A DNA stretch of 64,000 nt from Candidatus Aldehydirespiratoraceae bacterium (GCA_965261185.1 CBDHCN010000002.1:2623602-2687601); one strand, 5' to 3'; counted from the first letter of the stretch, positions 28,510-38,621 are shown. Notes: generated by a model from the letters alone, not told the origin. Translations and numbers: made by a program.

Positions 28510-30788
28510 GGTGCGTCGGAGGGTTGGTCGGAGTCTGGTGTTTCCTCGGTGTCACTTGAGGGCGGGTCGGTTGTGGCACCCAGGAACACCGCACGGGCGA
28601 TATCACCACGCGCGGCGAGTTCGCGAGTGGGCCCGTCGAAGCGCACATGACCCTTCTCGATGAACACCGCGCGTTCCGCTATCGCCGCGGCGACGTTGAG
28701 GGACTGCTCGACGATGATCATCGTCTGACCTTGTTCGCGGAGCCCTTCCACGATTGCGAGCAGTTCGCTGACCACGGCGGGGGCGAGGCCCAGCGACAGT
28801 TCATCAATCAGCAGGACCTCGGGTTTATGGATCAGCACCATGGCCAGCGCCAACATCTGTTGTTGGCCACCCGAGAGTTGGCTCGCCGGTTCGTCAAGTC
28901 GTTCCGCGAGTATTGGGAAGCTCTCCAGCACTTCGGCGATGCGACTGTTGAGGACAGTGCCGTCCTTGCGCAGACTCCAGCCCGCCGTGCGGAGATTGTC
29001 GTGGATCGACATCGGACCGAACACAGCTCTGCCTCCGGGCAGTTGTGCGACGCCGAGCTCAACGCGGGTTTGGGGTGATGTGAGGGTGATGTCTCGGCCG
29101 TTCAGATCCACAATTCCACGCGCAGGAACAGCCAGGCCGCTTATCACCCGAAGGATCGTCGACTTGCCTGCGCCGTTGGTCCCGAGCAGAGCCAACGTCT
29201 CGCCCGGCTCGACACGCAGATCGATCCCGAACAGCACCTGAACTGGGCCGTATGAGAAGTCGATATCGCGCAGCGACACCGCGGGAATGTCATCAGGGTG
29301 AGCGGCGCGCCAATCGAGTTCGGCTTTGTCCTTCTCGATCTCGTCGACGACCAGAGACAGATCGTGGCGGATATGGCGGGCCCCCCAGATGAGCAGCGAC
29401 CCTCCGAGAATCTTGAAGGGGATCGCCACTAGCAAGATCGCGGTGCGCTCTGAAGTGGCGTCCGACAGCAGACCGGCGACGATCGGCCCGAGCACACCGC
29501 CACCCAGAAAGATGACCATGATCGACAGTGCGGTGGACTGGGCTCGCAGGCGATATGGCACTACGCCTACCAGAAGCGGCGAGATCATCCCGAAGACCAC
29601 AACGGCGAGTACCGACGGAACAATGCCAACGATCGCGAAGAGCACAGGGTGGGGCATGTAGAACTGGATTGGAATCACCGCGGCCATGGGGAAGAACAGT
29701 GCCCCGACCCAGGCGAGCGCTTTGGCCGGACTCTGTTGGTACAGCTTGTCGTAGCGGACGGCGGCCCAGGGTGCGGCGGCGAACGCGAGCATGCCGGGCA
29801 CGAAGCCGATCATTGCCCGCTGGAAAGGAGACAACCCCCAGCGGTCGTCCAAGAACAGGTTGACGAGGAAGCCTTGCCCGATCATCGAAAAGACGATGAT
29901 GCTGAATGAGATCCAGGCCAGCTTCAGAGTGCGGATTGCCATCAGACGATGCCACACAGCGCTGAGCGAGACCTTGGGCCGGTCGGGGTCTTCCTCCATC
30001 ACCTCGCCGATCGTCGAAAGCTGCTCGAATTGGCCCCGCGGTGGATCAGGAACAAAAAGGGACCAGATTCCGAGCGCAACTATCGGCCAGGCGAACACCC
30101 AGTAGGCCCATCGCCAGTTGTTGTCCACGATGAGCATGAGTCCACCGACGAGCAGCGGGGCGATGCGCTCTCCTGCCCGGCCCAATACGTTCTTCACGGC
30201 GTAGATCCGGCCGCGGGCCTGAATCGGATAGGCATCCGCTAACACCGCGCCCTGCACCGGGAAGGTATTTGACGAACCTATTCCCATCAGCACGCCGATC
30301 AAGAAGAAACCGAGCGCCGTTGCTTGAAAACCGCGAAAAAACATCGCCAGGCTCCAGAAGAGCGTGGCCCAACCGACCAGCTTCATCCGGTCGATCCGGT
30401 CCGCTAGTCGCCCCATCGGCACTGCACACAGCGTGGCGCTGATCAATCCGCCGATGCCGACGACGGCGAGGCCGGTGTCGGATACTCCCAGGCTGGTTTG
30501 GATCTCGGGTCCTAGCAGGCTGGGAATGGCGATCTGGAGCGCGTCGGTCGCGTCGAGCGTGCCCAGCACCGCGATGACACCGACGCCACCGGCGGCGATT
30601 CCCTCGCGAAACAACATCGGTTTGTCACCGACACCCGGGAGTTCCTCATCGGGTCGAATCTTGGTCGCGTCGACTTGCGCCGCGGCGCTTTCGCGGGCGG
30701 CCTGCTCTGCCAGTACTGCTTGGGTCAGTTCCGAAAACCCGGACCGTTCACTGTCGTTGGTGGGATCGTCGGTGTTGGGGGCGGTCAC
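28506..30788 (-). CDS. MFS domain fused to LivF-like ABC ATPase
   Basis: MFS motif 'GRLADRIDR' and ~12 TM, then GTNGAGKS, LSGGQQQ, 'IDELSLGLAP', 'VEQ'. Confidence 0.85.
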   Translation of the reverse strand: MTAPNTDDPTNDSERSGFSELTQAVLAEQAARESAAAQVDATKIRPDEELPGVGDKPMLFREGIAAGGVGVIAVLGTLDATDALQIAIPSLLGPEIQTSLGVSDTGLAVVGIGGLISATLCAVPMGRLADRIDRMKLVGWATLFWSLAMFFRGFQATALGFFLIGVLMGIGSSNTFPVQGAVLADAYPIQARGRIYAVKNVLGRAGERIAPLLVGGLMLIVDNNWRWAYWVFAWPIVALGIWSLFVPDPPRGQFEQLSTIGEVMEEDPDRPKVSLSAVWHRLMAIRTLKLAWISFSIIVFSMIGQGFLVNLFLDDRWGLSPFQRAMIGFVPGMLAFAAAPWAAVRYDKLYQQSPAKALAWVGALFFPMAAVIPIQFYMPHPVLFAIVGIVPSVLAVVVFGMISPLLVGVVPYRLRAQSTALSIMVIFLGGGVLGPIVAGLLSDATSERTAILLVAIPFKILGGSLLIWGARHIRHDLSLVVDEIEKDKAELDWRAAHPDDIPAVSLRDIDFSYGPVQVLFGIDLRVEPGETLALLGTNGAGKSTILRVISGLAVPARGIVDLNGRDITLTSPQTRVELGVAQLPGGRAVFGPMSIHDNLRTAGWSLRKDGTVLNSRIAEVLESFPILAERLDEPASQLSGGQQQMLALAMVLIHKPEVLLIDELSLGLAPAVVSELLAIVEGLREQGQTMIIVEQSLNVAAAIAERAVFIEKGHVRFDGPTRELAARGDIARAVFLGATTDPPSSDTEETPDSDQPSDAP

Positions 30789-30815
30789 GGAGGGAGCAGA
30801 GCGGGTTCGGGTTGC

Positions 30816-32264
30816 TCACGGAGTGAGGTCGACGGGGTCGCCGTGGGAAATTAGTTCGCCGTCCTCATCGGCGTCGGCATCGAACATCACTAGGCGGAGT
30901 GTGTCCCCACCGTTGTATTTCCCCTCCGCGAACGAGACGAACGGGATCTGGGGCAATGAGATGTTGGTGAGCGATTCGATCCCGGTTCTGAAGCTGTCGT
31001 TGGTCGGGTTGACCCCAGCCGCGGCCGCTGCCTGCACGAACAGGTCAAGGTCACGGCACGCCAGCACGGTGTAGCTCCAATAGTTCGGGTCGTCGGCGTT
31101 GTTGACAACGCCTGCGCCCGGCTGTTCGAAACGAGCGTCGCTGATAGCGGCCTGGGCATCGTCGAGACACTGTTGGGTGGTGGCATCGATCGGGTCCGAA
31201 TCCAAACCGATGCGGGAGGTAGTCGCGATCGTGCCGTCTATGTCGGCCGGGTCGATACCTGCGTTGATTGCTGTGGTGAAGTTGTTGGAATCAACCGCCG
31301 CGAGGTCCACATCGAGTTCGCCGTAGGTGATCAACCCGGTCGCTGCCGCGCCGAAGATGATGATGCGGTCCAGATCCGCGGCCCGGGCCTGCTCACGCAT
31401 GATGTCGGTTTGTGACTCAAGGGTGTCTTCGTCAAGCACCAGGTCGTCGATGTTGAGGGTCAAGGCCAGATCGAGTCCGAGGTCGCTCATCTCCGTTGCG
31501 ACTGCATCCGAGAGACGACCCGCGGTTGTGTCGCCGTCGTAGTGGACTCCGATGGACTGGGCTCCGTCGAACCATTCGATTGCTTCCAGTTCTGCAATGA
31601 AAGAACTTTCACGCACGTTGCCCGCAGGGAAGAATCCGGCAATCGGGGCCCTAGCCCGCTCGAAAGCTTCGCCTTCGGCATTCACCTGTGAGCCGAGGTG
31701 GATTGTCTCGTGCTGTTCGAACACGCAGAAGTTGGCGTCGCCGCGCATTCCTCCGAGAACCGCGAACACCTGCGCGTCTTCAGTCAAGGAGATACATGCC
31801 GCGAGCATCTGTTCATTGGAGGCGGGGTTGAAACCGGCAATGGTGTATTCGAGGTTTCTGCCGTTGACGCCGCCTCTGGCGTTGACCGCGCCGGTGAGTG
31901 CGGACCAAACCGAGTCGGGATCACCGAAGAAGCCGAATCCAAAGACACTGGTGTCCCAAAACCCCACACCGATTTGGATCGTGTCTTCAGTGATACCCCT
32001 GAAACTTGCTGTGCGTGGTTCCTCAATGACTGGTTCGGGCTCAGGCTCGGGTTCGTCCGCGTCGGGTTCGTCCGCGTCGGCTTGGTCGGGTTCGGGCTCG
32101 GGTTCGTCCGCGTCGGGTTCGTCGGGTTCGGGCGCTGCGGTCGTCGTTGGCGTGGTCGCTTCATCGGCGTCGTCGTCGCTGTCACCCGTGGTACAGGCGG
32201 CAACGAACATACAGGGAGCCAAGAGAACTGCCGTGGCTCGAAGCGTGCGTTCAGTGGTTTTCAT
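30816..32264 (-). CDS. ABC transporter substrate-binding lipoprotein (type I periplasmic-binding fold)
   Basis: lipobox VAAC, acidic EP/DA linker, 'RGITEDTIQIG', 'VNARGGVNGR'; RBS GGGGAG before ATG 32264. Confidence 0.85.
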   Translation of the reverse strand: MKTTERTLRATAVLLAPCMFVAACTTGDSDDDADEATTPTTTAAPEPDEPDADEPEPEPDQADADEPDADEPEPEPEPVIEEPRTASFRGITEDTIQIGVGFWDTSVFGFGFFGDPDSVWSALTGAVNARGGVNGRNLEYTIAGFNPASNEQMLAACISLTEDAQVFAVLGGMRGDANFCVFEQHETIHLGSQVNAEGEAFERARAPIAGFFPAGNVRESSFIAELEAIEWFDGAQSIGVHYDGDTTAGRLSDAVATEMSDLGLDLALTLNIDDLVLDEDTLESQTDIMREQARAADLDRIIIFGAAATGLITYGELDVDLAAVDSNNFTTAINAGIDPADIDGTIATTSRIGLDSDPIDATTQQCLDDAQAAISDARFEQPGAGVVNNADDPNYWSYTVLACRDLDLFVQAAAAAGVNPTNDSFRTGIESLTNISLPQIPFVSFAEGKYNGGDTLRLVMFDADADEDGELISHGDPVDLTP

Positions 32265-32344
32265 GGTGTCTCCCCTGCGGTGACGCTGGTCACTTGTCGA
32301 GATAATATACCGATGGTAGGAAATGTCCAGTGGGAAGAACATGA

Positions 32345-33787
32345 ATGTCTGATTCAGAGTCGCTGAGAGCGGTCTTGGAGAGAACCGCTCGCAAGATCAA
32401 CGAGCGCAACAGCGATGTCACCGCCACCTACCAGTTCGTGATCGACCGGCCCGACGGTCGAGACGCCTACCGGTTGGTCATCATCGATGGCCGATGCGAA
32501 CTGCTCGAAGGCGAAGGCGAGGCCACATCGACCGTCATTACTACACCCCAAGACGCGCCGCTCATATTCTCTGGCCGGTTCGACTCGATGAAGGCGTTCA
32601 TGGAAGGCCGGATGCGTATCGAAGGCGATCTGATGGCGATGTCGGCGTTCGGGTCACTTATGTCACCTCGCAAGTCCTCGGGCTCCCAGGTCAAATCGTC
32701 TGGATCAATGGGGTACCTGAGCCCGCAAGACTCGCCGTCGCTACAACGCTGGGAGGCTCGTCTGGCAGAACGCTTGCCAACGCCGGAAAGTCTGCGCCAA
32801 GTGGCCGCAGCGCTCGACTTCTACATCGGGGCGGCGATAGCAACGCCAACAGGCCCAGAAGCAGAACTGGTGCGTCACGAATTCAACGGAATCGGTGCCG
32901 AGAACGCCTTCAAATGGAACCGCCTGGCGCGACTCGTCGGCGACTACGACTTCACGCTGGCCGATGCCTTTGCCGATTTTGCCGAGCGCCACGGCATGCG
33001 TCTGCGCGGCCATGCCCTCATCTGGGGTCGTGGCGGTCGCCCCCACAATCTTGAATCGACTCTGCGCGCCAGCAGTGATCCACAAAAGACCCTGTTCAAG
33101 TTGATGCGTGAGCACATATCAACAGTTGCCGCCCGCTACCGGGGCAAGGTCGCTGTGTGGGATGTGGTGAACGAACCGATGGCCTACGGCGGTGAAGGAC
33201 TCGACAAGAACGTCTTTTATGAAACTCTCGGCGAAGATTATGTAGCGGAATCGTTCCGACTCGCACGCGAAGTCGACCCTGACGCCGAACTCGTGCTCAA
33301 CGAACAGATTTCGTGGAACGAATACGACGGGCTGAGCGCGACTGAGTTCATCGACTTCGTGCGAAGGCTCCTGGATCAAGGCGTGCCGATAGACGGCGTC
33401 GGACTCCAGGGCCACATGCTTATGGGAGTCCCCGATCCGAAGTCCTTGGACCGTTTCCTTCGACGACTTGCAGATCTGGGACCGTTCATCGAGATCACCG
33501 AGATGGACATGAGAATCGGTCTGTTTTCCGATGATTCAGACCCTCTCGGTGCACAGGCCGACGCCTACAACATGCTGGCTGAGACTTTCGCCGGGGTCCC
33601 AGCAGTCCGTGGCGTCATGCTCTGGGGCGCAGCCGACAGCCATAGCTGGCTCGACCACTTCCCACCCTTCGATTCCGAGGGTCCGAACCAACCCCTACTG
33701 TTCGACCGAGACCTCAGACCGAAACCGGCGTATTACGCCTTCATGCACGGATTGGCGTTGCGCCAACCAGTAGGAGCACCACGATGA
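32345..33787 (+). CDS. SCP2 sterol-binding domain fused to GH10 glycoside hydrolase
   Basis: N-term SCP2 ('MKAFMEGRMRIEGDLMAM'); GH10 motifs 'ENAFKW', 'RGHALIW', 'WDVVNEP', 'DGVGLQGH', 'ITEMD', 'WGAADSHSW'. Confidence 0.85.
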   Translation: MSDSESLRAVLERTARKINERNSDVTATYQFVIDRPDGRDAYRLVIIDGRCELLEGEGEATSTVITTPQDAPLIFSGRFDSMKAFMEGRMRIEGDLMAMSAFGSLMSPRKSSGSQVKSSGSMGYLSPQDSPSLQRWEARLAERLPTPESLRQVAAALDFYIGAAIATPTGPEAELVRHEFNGIGAENAFKWNRLARLVGDYDFTLADAFADFAERHGMRLRGHALIWGRGGRPHNLESTLRASSDPQKTLFKLMREHISTVAARYRGKVAVWDVVNEPMAYGGEGLDKNVFYETLGEDYVAESFRLAREVDPDAELVLNEQISWNEYDGLSATEFIDFVRRLLDQGVPIDGVGLQGHMLMGVPDPKSLDRFLRRLADLGPFIEITEMDMRIGLFSDDSDPLGAQADAYNMLAETFAGVPAVRGVMLWGAADSHSWLDHFPPFDSEGPNQPLLFDRDLRPKPAYYAFMHGLALRQPVGAPR

Positions 33788-36186
33788 CCGACATCGACGC
33801 GCTGATCGCGCAGATGACTCTAGAAGAGAAGTGCACCATGGTCGTGGGTGAGACGGCCTGGATCGTCGAGGGCTGCGAACGTCTGCAAATCCCTGAGTGG
33901 TGCCTCAGCGACGGCCCCGTCGGCGTCCGCGGCAGAATGATGGGTCCAGGTCTGGTGATCCCGGGGCCATCAGCCATCGCCGCGACATGGAACCCCGGCC
34001 TGGTCGAGAAGCTGGGCGCGGCGCTCGGTGTTGAAGCCAAAGACCGCGGCGTGGATGTGCTGCTCGCGCCGACCGTGAACCTTCACCGCTCTCCTCGCGG
34101 CGGACGCCACTTCGAGTCCTACAGCGAGGACCCTCAGCTCAGCTCAGCAATCGCGGTCGCCTACATCACAGGTGTTCAGAGTCAAGGTGTAGGCGCTTGC
34201 GTCAAACACTTTGTGGCCAATGACCAGGAATTCGAGCGCCATACGATCAACGTGGAAGTCGACGAGCGAAGCCTTCGCGAAATCTATCTGCCCCCTTTTG
34301 AAGCCGCGGTCAAACAGGCTGGTGTGCGCAGTGTGATGGGCGCCTACAACTTCGTGAACGGTCAGCATGCCTGCGCGCATCAGGATTACTTGGTTGACCT
34401 CTTGAAGAACGAATGGGAATTCGACGGTTTTGTGGTGTCGGACTGGGCAGCAATCAAAGAAACGGTTGCCCCGGCTCGCTACGGTCTCGACCTTGAGATG
34501 CCGGGACCAGGGCGCTACTGGGGTCGAGGGCAACTTCAGGCCGCGGTGGAATCGGGCGAAGTTGCCGAAGACCTGATCGACGACAAGGTGCGCCGCATTC
34601 TCAGTTTCCTCGACTGGGCAGGCCGAATCGGCACCCCGACAGACCACAGCGAACGGAACGTTGAACGATCAGAGCATCGTGGGTTGGCACGGCGCGCTGC
34701 TACGGAGTCGATGGTCTTGCTCAAGAACGACCGTGGCCTGTTGCCTCTCGAAGGTGACGGGACAGTCGCGTTGATCGGTCCCGGTGCGGCTGAGACCGCC
34801 ATTCTTGGTGGGGGCTCGGCCAGTCTGGAACCGCACCGTACAACGACGGTTGCGCAAGCTATGCAGGAACGGATCGGTGACCGCCTGATCGGAGTTGTAC
34901 CGGGGGTCGACATGCGCCGTCGAGCCGCGGCGATTCCTCCTGAGTGGATCGATGGTGGCGAGGTGCGCTTCGAGCTGTTCGAGGGAATAGGTTTCGACAG
35001 CGAACCGTTTGAGATCGAGACCAGCTCTTCGGTATTCAACGTATGGTTCGGTGAGCGTTGGCCTGTCGGGATAGACACGATGTCGGTGCGGTTGAGTTTA
35101 ACCATGACCCCGACGACATCGGGCCGTCACCGCTTCTGCGCCCTCGGTTTCGCTCATGCAGCGTTGTTTGTCGACGAGGAACTGGTGGCTGACAACTCGG
35201 TCAAGACGTTCAGCGCGGGGTTGGGGTTGCATGGTGGTGATGGCTTCATGGACCTTGAAGCAGGTCGGAATTACCGGATCCGATTGGACCACCTGCCCCG
35301 CGACGCAAGGCAGTGGGTCAGTATTGTCGACGCTGGTGTTGAACTGGCCGATTTCGACCCGCGCGCCGGTCTCGACGAAGCTGCGGATCTTGCCGCTCAA
35401 GCCGACACCGCCGTGGTGGTGGTGGGATCGAGCGCCGAGTGGGAATCGGAGGGATCCGATCGCGACTCGATAGATCTACCAAACCAGCAGGACGAACTCG
35501 TTCGGCGGGTCATTGCGGCCAATCCGAAAACGGTTGTGGTGCTGAATTGTGGCGCACCGATGTCGCTTCCGTGGCTCGGCGATGTGCCAGCCGTCATTTT
35601 GGCCTGGTACCCGGGCCAGGAAGCAGGTTACGCGATCACCGATGTGCTGACCGGCGACGCCGAACCAGCGGGACGGATGCCGACCACCTGGGCACGCGAC
35701 GAGCGTGACACGCCGGCGTTCTTGAACTACCCGGGCGAGGCTGGTGTGGTGCGTTACGGCGAAGGGATTTTTGTCGGCTACCGCTCCTATGACGCTCGCG
35801 GTATCGAACCGATGATCCCTTTCGGTCACGGCGGGTCCTACACCACCTTCGAATGGGGCGAACCCACGGTCAAAGGCACTGGCTCGGATTTGAGTGTCGA
35901 AGTTTCGATCACCAACACAACAGAGCGTGCCGGCAGCGAAGTAGTGCAGGTGTATGTAGCGCCCGCCCAGAGTGTCGTCCCTCGTCCGGTGAAGGAACTC
36001 GCTGGTTTTGCCAAGCTCGATCTGGCCCCCGGTGCGACCGGAACTGCCCGCATCAATTTGGCGGACCGCGCCTTCGCCCGCTGGGACCCAGCGGTGCACG
36101 ACTGGGTGGTTGATCCTGGCTCCTACTCGATAATTCTGGCCGCCTCTGCCACCGACATTCGCGCCACTGCCGACGTGACCCTGTAG
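33784..36186 (+). CDS. GH3 beta-glucosidase with PA14-like insert
   Basis: 'SDGPVGVRG', 'GGRHFESYSEDP', 'KHFVANDQE', 'VSDW', 'ESEGSDR', 'YGEGIFVGYR'. Confidence 0.92.
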   Translation: MTDIDALIAQMTLEEKCTMVVGETAWIVEGCERLQIPEWCLSDGPVGVRGRMMGPGLVIPGPSAIAATWNPGLVEKLGAALGVEAKDRGVDVLLAPTVNLHRSPRGGRHFESYSEDPQLSSAIAVAYITGVQSQGVGACVKHFVANDQEFERHTINVEVDERSLREIYLPPFEAAVKQAGVRSVMGAYNFVNGQHACAHQDYLVDLLKNEWEFDGFVVSDWAAIKETVAPARYGLDLEMPGPGRYWGRGQLQAAVESGEVAEDLIDDKVRRILSFLDWAGRIGTPTDHSERNVERSEHRGLARRAATESMVLLKNDRGLLPLEGDGTVALIGPGAAETAILGGGSASLEPHRTTTVAQAMQERIGDRLIGVVPGVDMRRRAAAIPPEWIDGGEVRFELFEGIGFDSEPFEIETSSSVFNVWFGERWPVGIDTMSVRLSLTMTPTTSGRHRFCALGFAHAALFVDEELVADNSVKTFSAGLGLHGGDGFMDLEAGRNYRIRLDHLPRDARQWVSIVDAGVELADFDPRAGLDEAADLAAQADTAVVVVGSSAEWESEGSDRDSIDLPNQQDELVRRVIAANPKTVVVLNCGAPMSLPWLGDVPAVILAWYPGQEAGYAITDVLTGDAEPAGRMPTTWARDERDTPAFLNYPGEAGVVRYGEGIFVGYRSYDARGIEPMIPFGHGGSYTTFEWGEPTVKGTGSDLSVEVSITNTTERAGSEVVQVYVAPAQSVVPRPVKELAGFAKLDLAPGATGTARINLADRAFARWDPAVHDWVVDPGSYSIILAASATDIRATADVTL

Positions 36187-36201
36187 ACCGATAGCGCCGG
36201 C
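35740..36201 (+). repeat. long direct repeat copy 1 (3' end of GH3 gene)
   Basis: near-identical to 41900-42361 at constant offset 6160. Confidence 0.9.
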
Positions 36202-36382
36202 CCAACCGTTCCCGTGCAACTGCTGGGACTACGGCGCCGCTGAGTCGTTCTTCTCATCGTTGAAACGAGATCAACCGTTGCTGTCTTGGCTGGGTCTTGG
36301 CGTTTTCTGCACCGTGAAACTGACCCCGATCGAGTCACCTCCGAAAGAGTCACTCTCTGAGGGCATGGTTCCCGCGCCGCCG

Positions 36383-36660
36383 GTTGTTCGGTCCGGATTG
36401 TTCGGTCCGGGTTGTTCGGTCCGGATTGTTCGGTCCGGATTGTTCGGTCTGGGTTAGCCGGGCTCTTCGGTTCAGCTTGTGTCGGGTTGTTCGGTCTGGG
36501 TTAGCCGGGCTCTTCGGTTCAGCTTGTGTCGGGTTGTTCGGTCTGGGTTAGCCGGGCTCTTCGGTTCAGCTTGTGTCGGGTTGTTCGGTCTGGGTTAGCC
36601 GGGCTCTTCGGTTCAGCTTGTGTCGGGTTGTTCGGTCTGGGTTGTTCGGTTCAGCTTGGC
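36383..36660. repeat. nested tandem repeats: ~5 x 14 bp (TTGTTCGGTCCGG(A/G)) then 4 x 47 bp
   Basis: 47-bp unit GGGTTAGCCGGGCTCTTCGGTTCAGCTTGTGTCGGGTTGTTCGGTCT starts at 36451, 36498, 36545, 36592. Confidence 0.9.
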
Positions 36661-36668
36661 CGGGTTGC

Positions 36669-38297
36669 TCAGTCCATGGCTGTTCGGTCCCGGGTTAGCC
36701 GGGTTCTTCGGCCCAGGTTGTGCGCCGTATTACAGACCGTGCTGGGTTTGGTTGTGTCGGTTGCCGGGTCGTCTCCCGAAGCGTTGCGAACCTGCGGAGC
36801 ATCTGTGACCGTGCTGGGTTTGGTTGTGTCGGTTGCCGGGTCGTCTCCCGAAGCGTTGCGAACCTGCGGAGCATCTGTGACCGTGCTGGGTTTGGTTGTG
36901 TCGGTTGCCGGGTCGTCTCCCGAAGCGTTGCGAACCTGCGGAGCATCTGTGACCGTGCTGGGTTTGGTTGTGTCGGTTGCCGAGCCGCCACCCGAAGCGT
37001 TGCGAACCTGCGGAGCATCTGTGACCGTGCTGGGTTTGGTTGTGTCGGTTGCCGGGTCGTCTCCCGAAGCGTTGCGAGCCGCTGGAGAATCTGTGACCGT
37101 GCTGGGGTTGGTTACGTCGGTTGGGTTGGGGGGTTTGAGCTGGTATTTGCCGGTGTCGGGGTCTCGGTTGACCTGCCAGCCGTGGTCGTGGATTTTGTGG
37201 TGGCAGTCATCGCATACCAACACCAGGTTGTCTACGTCGGTGGGTCCATTCTTTGACCACCAGATGATGTGATGAGCGCGGCACCACAACGGGTTCGCTT
37301 TACAGCCGATGCAGTGTTGGTCTCGTGCGATCAACGCAACCCGTTGAGCTTCAGAAGCGGTCCGCAACCGGCGGCCCAACCACAAGTCTTGGGCTTTGGT
37401 GTCGAAGATCGAAGGCAACAGATTGGCTTCAAGTGCCAAACGATGCAGCTCAACAACAGGTATTGGTGAACCATCCGCGAGGCGGGGATTGTCTAGTTGT
37501 TGTTTGATCACATCGAAATCAGCGATCACCAACAAATCAGTACCCGCAGACTTCCCGTCACCAGCAGGTTGACAGATCAATTCGGCTAACGCGTCAGCCA
37601 TCCTTTGCTGCGGCGTAGCACGCTTGTTGGGGTCTTCGCGATGCCACAGCTGTCGTTCTTTCGCGGTCAACGCGGTAGCGATACGGGCTCCGGTGATCTG
37701 GTCAAACTCACCTGACAACACGAACATGCCAGAGTCAGCTGATTCAAAGATCCGTGCTTTGCGGTTCTTGCGTTGGCGATCCAACAAAGACTGACCATCA
37801 TCAACGGCTTGGTCTTGTTGATGACGTTTCACAGTCCTAGCGAACTCATCAAAAGGCTCAGTGTTGGCTGCTCCGACAAGCAGCCCTTCATCAATCGTGC
37901 TCTCACCAGAAGCACGGGCGATCAACCGAGCATGACCCACAGGAATCTCACCGGACGCCAACGCTTCGCTAGTGGCAGGCAACTCCGCCAACCGAGCGGC
38001 TGTTTCGACATCACGTTTGGCTTCACGTTTCGATGCCTGCAACTCGTCACGAACTAGGCGCTGCGCCTCCGTGGTGCTGTGACGACGACCCACCTCAGCG
38101 AGCACCTGGGCCTTCATCGCCGTCAAAGCCGACTCGGCGCGACCCAACACCCCCAGGCGCAACGACAACCCCTCATCACACAAAGCGGCCACATCCACCA
38201 CCTCGACATGAACCAGCCCGCCAGCAGCCATGCCCGCAGCAGCCGTGTCGGCACCAGCGGCGGTGTCAAAGAGACCCGAGACAGGAGCGAATTCCAT
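36669..38297 (-). mobile_element. DUF222 + HNH endonuclease (REP13E12-like element protein) with repeat tail
   Basis: 'QRMADAL', 'LWLGRRLRTASEAQRVALIARDQHC..C', 'HHIIWWSKNGPTDVDNLVLVC..CHHKIH'; strong strand skew across the region. Confidence 0.85.
36735..37110. repeat. 72-bp tandem repeat x5 plus partial (24-aa unit TDTTKPSTVTDAPQVRNASGDDPA)
   Basis: units start at 36735, 36807, 36879, 36951, 37023, 37095. Confidence 0.92.
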
Positions 38298-38304
38298 GGA
38301 TGTA

Positions 38305-38326
38305 ACCCTACCAACTCCCTGTGACA
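38305..38326 (-). promoter_or_regulatory. PafBC/RecA-NDp-type promoter of the DUF222-HNH gene
   Basis: minus strand TGTCAC-AGGGAGTTGG-TAGGGT, 7 nt before ATG 38297. Confidence 0.6.
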
Positions 38327-38621
38327 AACACTCATAAATCATGAAATATATAGATATTCTAATATTCTGTACCTGATGGGTCGTCTTGCATCGGCCGAGC
38401 CGACTGGCGTGGGCCACCCTCTATCTGAGTTCTAGCCCAGCCACGGGCCAGGGATCGTTGACACAGGCCGCTCAAACCGGTTGACCACAAACCACAGCCA
38501 CACCGAACACCCCGAAACTGATAATCAACACGTCAAGGACTTGTTCGTCTCAGAACCTAGAAGCACCGCGGCTCATCGCGTAAGGGTTGATCGTGTTCTT
38601 GAAAGCGGACATCGAAACCTC

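Noticed and set aside
36383-37110. Possible CRISPR array
   Set aside because: Head-to-tail tandem repeats with no unique spacers and no cas genes in the window
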